DNA from: Octopus bimaculoides
Taxonomy: Eukaryota
Assembly (NCBI RefSeq): GCF_001194135.2
Contig: NC_068989.1
Span: forward strand, 798,728-862,727
Direction of reading: 5' to 3'
Length of the DNA stretch: 64,000 nucleotides
Shown here piece by piece: positions 52,751 through 64,000 of this stretch. Each line of letters starts with the position of its first letter. Position 1 is the first letter of the stretch. The notes below the pieces were generated by a model that searched no databases, was not told the origin of the DNA, and was given only the letters and a program-made list of their open reading frames with translations. Position numbers and translations under genes: made by a program.

Positions 52751-53654
52751 CGAAAGTAAGAAGGAGCGGTCATGACTAGAGCTAAACAACAGAACTATAA
52801 CGATTAGACACAAGGACATGAAACGTGTTTCGCACAACTAACAAAAACTTAGTGTACACACCCATAGATAGGAAGGGCTCTATTATAGCAAACTAGGTAT
52901 TCTTTCGATGTGCCGAATCAGCCAGAATTAACTCTAATTAAATTAAACGCTTTTAATTCTGTTTATATCCATTTAATTATATTTATATAGTATAGATTGT
53001 TAGTCTGTGTCGTGTCTTTATCCTGTCGCAAGGTGCAATAAATAGGATACGATTGACATACCAGCTTTGAAAAAAACAATCGACGCTCTCGAATACAAGC
53101 TATGCCATTAAGGCACGTATATAATCTCTTCTATTATACAATCCAATATATTTACATTAGCGAAGGTAATCCACCACAAACTTTTGGCTAACTTGATTAG
53201 TAATAGCTACTGTGTAGCTTTACTCAGCTATTCCGGTCGGTATTCCAGCCAACTTTTTGTGATCACAAAACTAGGGTAGTTAATTTTAGAAAGAGGAAGA
53301 ACAAGTGAAAATCTTTACTACCGACACTGCTTTAATCGTTTATTTTTACTTATTTGTATAAATTTATTACCTCCGTGTTGATGTTATATATAAGAATAAG
53401 ATAACACGAATGCAATGAAAGACTCCTCTATTCCTTCACAAATGCTGTGAATAAATGACAAAGTTTGTTTGATTGAACAAGAGCTCGTTCTGAGAAGTAT
53501 TAGAAATGTTTGATTGTCAAACTGAAAATGTTCTCAAGATGTTTAAACCAGTCACATGGCGACTGTTTATCATTGGCTCTAAATTCATCTGCACAGTGTG
53601 TCATTAGTAATTCTTTCATGGACCAAAGAGAGAGAATGAATGAATGTATTAGAA

Positions 53655-53860
53655 TAATAATGCTTTCTACCATGGGCACAAGGCCTGAAATTTTTTTTGT
53701 GGTGGGGGGAACTAGTCGATTACATAGACCTCAGTGTTTCACTGGTACTTAATTTATCGACCCCAAATGGTTGACTTTGGCGGAACTTGAACTCAGAAGC
53801 AGACGAAATACCGCTAAACATTTCGCCCAGCGTGCTAACGATTCTGCTAGCTCGCCGCCG
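53655..53860 (-). mobile_element. tRNA-derived SINE family B, well preserved
   Basis: Minus strand ggcggcgagctagcagaatcgttagcacgctgggcgaaatg...ctgagttcaagttccgcc (A and B boxes). Decayed homologues at about 4686-4812(+), 11740-11900(-), 13735-13940(-), 38765-38940(-), 54630-54800(+), 55685-55850(+), 58430-58545(-). Confidence 0.85.
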
Positions 53861-56411
53861 CCTTTAGTTGTATTAGAATAATAACCATCAGTCACAAATA
53901 ATATCAGCTTTATAAAGGTGAATTAATATGGGATTTCGTGGCAATCATGCGTTTCCCAAGGATTATTAATGGTATGAACGAAGTGAATTAAAAAGGAAAC
54001 CGACTTGTCACCAACTTTCAGATACAATACAGAAGGTGGGGTGGGGGGAGTCTTTAGTACAGGGTCCGATCCCTTTATTTCTCTAGCTTCATGTTACCCA
54101 CAGGGTTTAGTTGCTCGGGTAATAACCTCGACACAAAGACTGTTATTTTATTGGGAGTCAGCGAGAAATGAGATATTTTAACGTTCGTTCGGCCCTTCCA
54201 CAAAGACAATAATGAAAAATATGATCCCATATGTTCACGACGGTGAAGGGTTGTGTTATTTAATCAGGTGATGGTATTTTGTCACTAAAATCATTTTTAT
54301 TCATTGATACATTTTAAAAATTAGCTCCGTACAGACATTTAATATTTTCAAGCACCACTGCATCGTTTATTTGTCGTATCGATGAGGATGATTGTTGTAT
54401 TTTTATTATAAAGACGTAAATATCAAATGTCATGGCTCTGCATAAACAAAATAAATATTTGGCGAAAGAAAAACACCTGAGTCAGCTCAGGTACAAAACT
54501 CTCGCGCGCGTGTTTATATCTAGAAATAATTGAAGATATTTGTGGTAAATCATATATTCGTATAAAACTCCATTCATACAAATTTCCGTTCGTTTACTAA
54601 ATTATAATTCATTTAAGGTAAAATTTTAAAGCGGCTGAACTTCCTTGAATGCTGCAGCAAACTGGGAATTTAATGTTTGAGTTCAAATCCCACCGAGTCT
54701 CGATTTTGTTATCAATTGGTTCGATACAGTAATTACCAATTATATATCAATTAAATGTCTGAGGTCACCTTTACTTTTAATCCTTCTAATATCGATAAAA
54801 TAAAATAGCAATGGAACACTGAGTAAATGATGCATCCTTAATAAGAATGTAATTATAATAGAAGACTAGGCGCCCGTCTGCTCAGTTTTTCTTCGTGTCA
54901 AATGGATATTAAGAGTTGTGCACTTGAAACATGATAATGGCCCAAGTACAGGCCGGATGGAGGCAACATGGCTAGTGAACCCTTGTCCGAAGATGAAAGT
55001 TCCCAGATTCGCAGCAGCGAGGTGAAGAACTACAACTGAATGCAAACAATCGATCTAAACCGATAGACCGTGGCCAGGTTGTCCACAGCCTATTTGATTA
55101 AGGATCCTTTGGATGATCGCTATACCTGTTAGAAATAGCAGCTAAATCTCCCTTAAAAATCACGGAAAGAAGAAAGGAAAAACCGTATTACATCATGTTC
55201 AAGATGCAGAATTTTTTTTTTACTATTCCACTCATCTCGTGAGACAAGTGTAATTGAAAAAGAAGATAAAAATACAGATTTACGGAGCCTGAAGGAAGGG
55301 GGCAAAATGCGAAAAGATTAAATTTGGGAACAAAATATTATCTCATAGAAGGAAAACAACCAGCCAATTCCTCGAAGTGTTTCCTTCTCCATGAGGTGAG
55401 TGAGACATATTTCGAAAGTTGGCAAATCAGATTTTAATTAGACTCGTCTTGTGAGACGGATGTAAAGTATAAAAGTAAAAACAATTCACCCACGATACCC
55501 TCAAAAAGACGGCATTGTTAGGGTCGGGATGCCATGGGTTTGCTCAGTCGGGGTTGGTTTGGGACTAAATCCAGCCATCACGCTTCTCTTCAAACACACA
55601 CTTATTCCTAGAAACTGACACACACACACACACGTTGGAATTTACTAAGAATTACTCAAAACAACAAAAGTGTATGGGGGGGCTTTGTCCATTTACGTTT
55701 TGAATTGAAATCCCGCCGAGGTCAGCTTTACCTTTCATCCTCCTGGGGTCAATAAAATAAATTATCAGTGAAGTACAGGGAGCGGACATAATCAACTGCC
55801 CTTCTCCCACTAAATTCCTGACTGTACCTTTCTTAGAAATTATCATCATCATCGTCGAAACTGAAACTGCAATCTTGTTGCAACTCATCGGATTTGATTA
55901 TGTGTTCGTCCAGCTAATTTATATAATCAGCCAACTTATTTATACCCTTTTCAATCCAGATTAAATGATAATTGAACCACTTGTAAATCGGAGGCATGTG
56001 AATTAAAGGAAGACATTTCGCACGATAGACAGACAACTATAGAAAAAGATGGATAGAAAGAGAAGAGGAAAAAAGAGGAAACAAACACAGTGATAGGTTC
56101 CCCAAGCAAAGGATGTCTTGCTACTAATTGTCATTAACGAAACAAAAACGGTGAATAAAATGTGAATTGACAATGAGTAATTATTATTTACTTGCCGACC
56201 TGTTCGTTGTGGATCGCCTTTAATTTTCCGTTTGTCTGTTAGTAGAAAGCATAGAGATATCTCTTCTTATGATAAGCACTTGATTTAGCTGTTGCTTCTT
56301 TTTACTTCTAAGCAATGCCGCTGCGGTTACTGAAGACCTCGTTGGTGTTAGTCTGTCCCTATCGAAGCCGTTGAATGTTGGCCTGGCTGCTGATGCTTTC
56401 TTTCTTTCAGC

Positions 56412-56452
<41 letters not shown>
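56412..56452. repeat. (TTA)n microsatellite
   Basis: Directly visible. Confidence 0.97.
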
Positions 56453-56454
<2 letters not shown>

Positions 56455-59175
56455 AAGTTATAGAGACTAATGGTGATACAACAGATGAGGATGTCGGTGC
56501 TGTTGTCAAGTGATGGGTTTTTTTTAATACACTGATCTTGTTATTGCTGCTGCTGCTGCTGTTGATGATGATGACGACGATAATGATCCAATTACACACT
56601 CCAAGTCAAGGAGGGTGCTTCTACATGATCGCCACTTGATTTGCAAGATATAGCAGCCAAATCTCTCTACTTACTCCTCTGCCATCTCTAATAAGAAATG
56701 AACACGTTAGATAATGCAGTCTTATATTCCAACACACACAAAAACAGGATGGTCAACGTCAGGATGTCTTTAGTCATAGTTCTTCGTCAAGGCTGACCTG
56801 GGGCTAAAAAAACAGCAACAACAACAGCAGTTCTTCCAAGTGTTTCCATTTGTGTTGTTTGTGGTGGTTGCAGTGCAGACAAATGACTATTCCGACCGTG
56901 ACCATCTCTACTTTTTCTTGCACTACTGTGTCCAGTGTATCCTTTCATTTGTTAAGACAATAGAGCAATATTTCCCGACCAGAGTTCCCTGGAACCTTAG
57001 GGTTCTTAGACTGATAGGTATAGACCCTAATTATATATAACTGCAGTTTTGAGTAATTCCTCATTATTAGTAATTATATAATAGATGCCCAACATATCCC
57101 CTAAACCCATAAGAAGTGAATCAATCCTCTGGGGAAACAGGACCTTTTAATAGGAAACTCTGGGTGCATTTGATCTAAACAGCATCCAGGGTAAGACAAC
57201 ATTTTAGAAAATCTTCCAAATGTAATCTGATGGATTTAGCAGTATCAAGCATTTCAAAGCCTGCTTTATAATTTGTTTATTATCTCATGAAATTCAAATT
57301 TATGAAAGGGAAAGAAGAAAGATTAATAAAAATATTTCTAACTGCATTAGCCAATGTGTCCCTTTTTCCTTTTTTAAAAATTTTCTTAAAGACAGTAAAG
57401 TATGATTTAAGGGAGAACTGGTTGCTGTCTTGCAAATCAAACAACAACAAAAAAAGGCCCTGTTATTGACTCATTACATTCGTGTAGTTGTTATTGTTAA
57501 TCAATGTCTGTTTTCCATGCTGGCATGGGTTGAATGGTTTGACTGGAACAGGTCAGCCTGAGAACTGCACCAGGCTCCATTGTTTGTTTTAGCATGGTTT
57601 CTGTGGCTGGAAACCCTTCCTAATGCCAACCAATTTACAGAATGTACTGGGTGCTTTTTATGTAGCACCAGCATCAGCAGGGTTACCAAGTAACTTGCAT
57701 GACAAAAATCCTTCAGCTGGGAGAGGAAGTGGTATTGAAGGAGAGACTATGGTGTCTCAACCTCATTGTGTGTCTCCTCAGTCAAAGCTACCCCCCACCA
57801 CACCAGTGAATCTAATGAGAGCTCAGGCTCCAATTTATAGAAATTAGCAAACAAATGCCGATGCATTTTGATGTCTACCAAACAAATAATACTTTATGAA
57901 ATGCCTGCAGAACTGTGAGAATCCAAACAATAACATATCTGTTCATTCTCAACATGTTTTGGCAAACATTCAGATCGACTGCAATGAATAAAATACATTA
58001 TTGTTTGGCTTCTCACTGTTCTCAGTGCCCTTCATGAATTATTTCTTCAAATTTTGTCTACCTTACTCTACATTGTACTGTAGATGTTGATGTTGCTATT
58101 ATTTTCCTTCTAGAAGTTAATTTTTGTTATTATTGTTGTCAGTGCCACCTTAAAGTAGGATCTATAGATGTTGCAGCACCAGGATCCCAAGAGGTCCCAT
58201 GGACCTATGAATAATATAATTTCATCAGATTTTGATAGGGATGGGGTCCCATTTCTTTGGTACAGCAACTGGGCTGATAAGAATCACAAAACATTATGTT
58301 CTTTTTTTTCCCCCTCTTTTTAATCAGTTTAGATTCTGGAGAATGTACTGTATGTGTGTCTTGTTTTTCTATTATAATTCCATTGACATCAAAGGTGCTT
58401 TGTAAGAATTGGTCACAGTACTTGTCTAGTACTTTACTTCATCATCTCCAGGAAGCAAAAAGGCAAAGGATTTGAACTCAGAATATGCAGGGCCATGACT
58501 AAATACTGCTGGCATTTAGCCCACCACTCAAGCAATTCAGCCATTTTGCTTTTCCAAGTGAATCACAGTTGAACTGAATAAGAAAGATTCCAGGAATAAC
58601 AGATTCCCTAAACTTTCTGAAAGCCAAAAGTTCAACTTTTCCAGTCTTGTAACATTTCTTGTTTCTTGCATGTATTTTTATCCAGTGAAACCTTCAAGAT
58701 CCGGGTCTGTTTGACACACAGACAGACATTTGTTAATCAGATAGTATTTCTGTTGCTGCTTACAACAACAAACTATTCTTCTCTCCACAAAGCATGTTTT
58801 AGAGTGAAAGAAGAACTAATGTTATTTAACAATTTTTCATGTTTCTGTCATTTACCTGACAACACAAACAGGTGAGGCCAAGTCATTACATTGCTGCTGT
58901 TGCAGCTGCACTTAACAACACTAATACTGTGGCTTGTTTTCAAAATCGTTTTTTTTTTCTTTATTATTATTATTATTTCGCTTGCTGTAGCTGTTGTGTC
59001 TGTTGTACATGCTACCTGTGCTTGTTATTAACAAAGGAAAAAAATAGTTGAAACAAATACGTAAACATAAAGAAAAATGTATTTGATAAAAATGAATACC
59101 GAAAAATAGTAAAATTAAATAGTTAATAGTGAATTTAGTAGCTAATAACACAGTTCTATATTTAAGAGATGAGGA

Positions 59176-59322
59176 ATTATGTACACTATTTACATTTGAT
59201 GGATATTTGTCCTCATCTTGTTTGTTGTTAACACAACATTTCGGCTGATATACCCTCTGGCCTTCATCAGGTGTCGTGGGGAAATTTTGAACCTAGGTTC
59301 TCATTCCTAAGGTATTTTTCAA

Positions 59323-59370
<48 letters not shown>

Positions 59371-59398
59371 CATTATTATTATTATTCAGGTCACTGCC
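59176..59398 (-). mobile_element. Headless inverted copy of the hammerhead SINE
   Basis: Reverse complement of the 59472-59658 body, with a longer (TTA)n tract. Confidence 0.85.
59230..59275 (-). ncRNA. Second hammerhead motif copy (partly decayed)
   Basis: Minus strand GACAC-CTGATGA-A-GGCCA-gagggtatat-CAGCC-GAAAT-GTT-GTGTT; two mismatches in stem II. Confidence 0.55.
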
Positions 59399-59405
59399 AG
59401 GAGTT

Positions 59406-59476
59406 GGGCATATAGCGTAGTGGTTAAGAGCGTGGGCTACTAACCCCAAGATTCCGAGTTCGATTCCAGAAAGTGA

Positions 59477-59512
<36 letters not shown>

Positions 59513-59658
59513 GATCGAAAAATACCTTGGGAATGAGAACCCAGGTTTGAAATTTCCCCAAGACACCTGAAGAAGGCTGGAGGGTATATCAGTCGAAACA
59601 TTGTGTTAACAACAAAGATGAGGACAAATATCCATCAAATATAAATAATGTAAATAAT
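59406..59658 (+). mobile_element. tRNA-derived SINE with hammerhead-bearing body, full copy
   Basis: A box TAGCGTAGTGG (59413-59423), B box AGTTCGATTCC (59457-59467), (AAT)n linker, body, short ATGTAAATA-type tail; homologous to copies at 59176-59398 and 36548-36777. Confidence 0.85.
59562..59607 (+). ncRNA. Minimal type-I hammerhead ribozyme motif (Penelope-type)
   Basis: GACAC-CTGAAGA-A-GGCTG-gagggtatat-CAGTC-GAAAC-ATT-GTGTT: stem I GACAC/GTGTT, core CUGANGA and GAAA, stem II GGCUG/CAGUC; stem III is one transition away from the palindrome ACGT. Confidence 0.65.
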
Positions 59659-61654
59659 AACAGTTAATAAATTCTATCAAAAGAAAAGTGCTGTTCTACT
59701 GTAAAACGTTGTTTTCATACATCTACCTCATCCCCACCATTTAACATCCATTTGCCATAACTCATCATCATCATCATCGTTTAATGCCTGTTGTTGTTAA
59801 TTAGCAAAAGAAAAAAATTAATCGAAAGAAACTAAAGAAGCAGCAGCTAATAAAACTTAATGAATTTTTAATAATTGATGACAGTTAATGAATTCCATAA
59901 AAGAAAGCTAATGAGTCCCTGAGCTTCTTGATTTTTTCAGGATATGATAGACGTGAGTCACAGGCTTGGCCAGCTCTGCTTACTAATATCTGGTTTGGGC
60001 CCTATTCATAGTTAGGGCTTCAAAAAGAAGAATTATTTCTGCTATCTTCCAGATTTCTGTAGCATCTGTTTCCACATGGCAGCCAAGGTACATATTATAA
60101 GGCTAATATCACAGCACCATAGATGATTGATATTTAATCAGCTAATTGGCGTTGTCGCAGCATGAAGGTGCAACTGTTCCAATGAGCAGAGAACAAGAGA
60201 AATGTAATCATTAAAGTACCACCCACCTCAATCAAAAGGTGTAAGACAATGGTGAAAACCAAATTCCAATAAATGAAGGCCACCACACAAACATTGTTTC
60301 ATTGTGAACATGTCCACAGCAGAAGACAGGTATTCTTAGATTGTTTAAAGTACTCAGAGCATAAATGGCTGACGTTACCAAATATTTGACAACCGGCTGA
60401 AAGGCTAAAAGTATTTTTATCACAACTGCTGTATCGTGTTTATGGTCATGACACTTCAAAAGCTTTTCTTCAGATTGTATTCATTTATAAATGTCTGTCA
60501 TAAATTATGCATAATTGGAATGTTTTACAAAACAATAATGAAACAAAACAGCAACTAAGAAAGACTTCATGATCAAGGTTAGTGGAACATTATAAAAGTA
60601 AAAGTTAGACTTATATGAAGCATAACGGTTGCGGTATTTGAAATTCCATATCATATATATTATGTGGTTATTAATTCAAGTGTCACACTACCTTCTCTAA
60701 CCTGTTTCTGGATAAAGCACTTTACCTCTGTTTGGCTTATTTAGCTTTCCAGGTACAGACCCCTTTCTTTTATCACATATTGCAATTGTATTGTTGGTTA
60801 CAGGTTTCCAATTAGCCAATCAAACACTCACAAACTTTTTGTTAGCAACATTGACAACAAAGTGTCGATAACTTGCAACAGAGTAAACATCACAAGGGAC
60901 TTTGTTCAATGAGCACTACTTCAAGTTTTATATCCTTCAGCAATATATGCCATCAGAAGATACACACACCCACACATATCCTTAATTATGCATTCATACA
61001 TCTTCCTCCTTATTCATCATTCATTTCCAAAAATGACCACCTGTTTGACACTGACAGTACTTCTTAAACAGAGTATGCAGGTGACCAGATAACAACAACT
61101 GCTCTTGCCAATAATTCTATCCTTTCTGTATGCATTGGCGATATTTCATTGCCTCCACCACATGTGGTGTTCTGACCACTACAGTCAGAGGTCCACTCTC
61201 TCTTTATGGTTGCAAGAAGTTTGAGCATTGACATGCATTGGACTTGGATAATAGAGATGGAGTGCTATAATGGATGATCGGCTTTCAATCTCACATTCTT
61301 AACTTCTTCAACCAATGGTGATGCAGGCTGAGATGACTGAAGATGTACCAGGGATGCAGAGGGATGACTCAGGTGATCTACTCCTTAACTGTCACCACCA
61401 ATCTTGCTAGATATCACCTTTTCCGTTCATTAAAACTTGAGGTGGGCTTCTCAACCTGTGGAAAATTCTAACTGGGCCCCACCTGCAAGGTCATGTGTTG
61501 TTTATCTTGATATGAGGTCACAATACCGTGCACATATGGTTGTGGTACATGTACCTGGTGTACTCTTATCAGACAGGTAATCATGATAGGTATGTTGGGT
61601 TTTGTAAATTTGTATCCCAGTGTCACTTCAATGACATGTGTTTCTCTCTCACTC

Positions 61655-61870
61655 AATAATAATAGTAATTATTTCCCCACTGAATGATCCCTCATGTCCA
61701 TTTGATTCCAGAATTGTGAAGAAAGAAGATGAAAAGTTGAAAAAATACAATCCCTTAAAATTTGAGATTGTGAGGATTTGGAGCATGAAATCTATAAAGG
61801 TCATAGTTGTGATAGTCGATGCATCAGGGACTGTGGGTGATGACCTAAGACCATCCTGAATCAAGTTGAA
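61655..61870 (+). mobile_element. Restriction-like (PD-D/ExK) endonuclease fragment of an R2/R4/NeSL-type non-LTR element
   Basis: SCPFDSRIVKKEDEKLKKYNPLKFEIVRIWSMKSIKVIVVIVDASG (cf. D..CP.D....KE.EK..KY..L..EI.RLW....V.V.P.V.GALG). Confidence 0.7.
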
Positions 61871-64000
61871 TTATAATTCCATGAGACAACAGGGATGAAA
61901 CTGTTGAAGAATGCAAACAATTAATATAGAATTAAAGTAGAGAACTAAACTGCTTGCAAACCAAGTTCCATGGTTTGATTTTAATCGTTTTGGAAAGCAA
62001 TCGACATTAGTTTTGTTCCTAAAGACATTAACCCAAATTCATTCCTCAATCTCATTTGTCCTCCACCCAAATGTGAGGTTTTGGAATTTTGTTAGAAATA
62101 AAGACAATGAAGGTATTGTCATGCACAATACCAAGTTTATCAGACTCACCTGTTCATGAGGGTCTTTGGCAGAGTCTACTCTCTTACAAGCATTTAGATT
62201 AAGTCTTTAGTCTGAAGAAAACTCAAAGACTTGATACACCACAGTCTATGAATTGTCTGCCCCCAACCCCCACACACACCTCAGAAGTTCTGCAAAAATC
62301 ATGTGAATAGGGAAGGAGGGGAGGGGTTGCTGTCCCTTCCTCTTTTGACTAAGCCACAAAATAGAGAAAAATATCTCCAATAATTATATAATGTAAGTTA
62401 ACAAAGTAGTCAGCTATTGACTAACTCTCACTCAGTATGGACCATCCTAGCAGTTGATATATTCAATAGGAAATATAAACAATGAGTATTGATCCAATGT
62501 AAAAAAATCAATATAGTTAAATAGCAGGTAGTGAATGGCTGAAAGGTTGGTTCCTAACCAAGTCCACAATCTGGTTTCAACATCTCCTCTACTAATTTCC
62601 CGCTCTGATGATCTTCAGAGTGACTTTAATGCCACGTTGTCTCTTAATACATCTTTTATGAATATTTGATTTATAGCTGCTAAATTGATAAGCCAATTTC
62701 ATTAATTAGGGTTGATGTGAAATCACCTTTAAACGATCCTCCTGATAATCAATACAACTAGAATGTTTTATGGTGGTCAGTTGAGTTACTCTCCTCATAG
62801 CGGCAGAGTGTCCCTTTATATAACAGTATTTTGTTTTCACATTTTGTCAGAGAAGAGAGGGGTCGTACCTCTTTAACCTTTGCACACATTCCCAGCAGAC
62901 TGAGGAGGAGGTCAATGCACTTAATGTTCGACTTCAATGTCTATGAGTTAATGCCAAAGTAAAACATATGAGCAAGGAAGATATTCCAGAGAGATACGGT
63001 TCTGACGAGGAAAGATTGAGCAAAGCCAAAGAAGTAGATGTGCAAATCCTGATGCAGAAAGTCTGACGTTTTCCCATCAACAGTTGTTGTTAGTGTTACT
63101 GTCAGTCGATCACAGGAATTTTTCTTTTGTGTGTGTTGGTGGTGGTGGTGGTGATGGTGGGAGGGGCTTCCATTGTTGTCTCTTTTCCAAACAAACTCTA
63201 AGTCAGCTTCAAATCTGTCAGGTTAAATATGATTTAACGTAATTGTATGGATTTCCTCTTGACGGCTTTCATTTCACTGAAACCTCAGTACTTGCACTAC
63301 GACATGCACACATACATGCACATGCACTCACACACACACATCTAAGAACTGGAAAATGAATATGTACTTCATATCATCTCAAGTAAACAATATTGAAAAA
63401 GGCTTATAATGAACCTCTTCTCATCTTTCCCAGCCCAACACATTTAACCACAGAATATTATGCAAGAATTTTTATCTCAGAAAAATCAGCATTTTAAAAT
63501 TTAAATTTAAAGTCTTCTTTTTTTTCTCTCTGCATTTAGATATTAATGAGAATGAGCTGACCTTTTGAACTTTCTCTAAACGTTGAAGGTCTAACAGAAT
63601 TATGGCGCCAAAGGTTAGTCGTCTTGTTATCATTTATATTTCTCTGCACATTTCTTGAAGTAACTGTTTTGTTAGAATTCAGACAATATGAATATTGAGT
63701 AGGAAAGAGTTTTGTGTTTTGTTATTCTATTCTTCTTATTTATTTTTGATTCAATATAATTTTGTTTACTTAAAAATTTTATTTCAGAATATAAAAGTAA
63801 TTTTACAACTGCAATTTTCGTTTTTGTTTACATGAAATTATAAAAAATAAAAAAAAAAATTCAAGAGATTTGGTTGTTATTTCTAGGATGGGGAGAGACC
63901 TTCTAGGTTTTACCTCTTGTGCTGGTTGAAAATCACCTAAAAAAATGTCTGGGTTCGATACAGTTATCTAAAAATTCTTCAAGGTGGTGCCCCAGCATGG

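Larger units (their letters stand above)
52800..56900. promoter_or_regulatory. CpG-retaining zone; candidate promoter / first non-coding exon region of the patatin gene
   Basis: CpGs are visibly more frequent than in the gene body (not counted); CTCTCGCGCGCG near 54500; minus-strand donor-like sites CTG|GTATGT at 53061 and GAG|GTAATA at 53370. Confidence 0.3.

Noticed and set aside
59406-59471. Functional tRNA gene
   Set aside because: A and B boxes are present, but there is no acceptor stem, the anticodon stem is broken, and it is fused to a repeated body also seen at 36548-36777; it is a SINE head.
1-64000. CRISPR arrays, rRNA genes, prokaryotic operons or bacterial contamination explaining the bacterial-like patatin
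   Set aside because: No repeat-spacer array or rRNA seen; the gene has 11 canonical spliceosomal introns filled with host repeats.

Overview
AT-rich animal genomic DNA with four assembly gaps. The SINE families and the microsatellite load point to Octopus; this is pattern recognition, not a search result. One complete protein-coding gene can be rebuilt by hand on the minus strand (37257 to 14679). It has 12 coding exons, all introns are GT-AG and in phase, and the CDS is 1620 nt (539 aa plus stop). The product is a patatin-fold phospholipase (GGGNKG, GASAG, DGG) of the bacterial ExoU/VipD-like type, with an EF-hand pair inserted ahead of its C-terminal patatin segment. The rest is introns and intergenic DNA full of tRNA-derived SINEs, RTE LINE fragments, a Penelope RT fragment, a Helitron helicase fossil, a restriction-like endonuclease LINE fragment, a DD41D transposase remnant and several MITEs with intact TIRs/TSDs. 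The most unusual non-coding signal is a tRNA-headed SINE (three copies) whose body carries a Penelope-type minimal hammerhead ribozyme motif; two copies form a fold-back around one tRNA head. Several other long inverted repeats occur, including a perfect 78-bp stem in an intron. No searches or folding programs were run, so family names come from motif recognition, and repeat boundaries are approximate unless a TIR/TSD is quoted.
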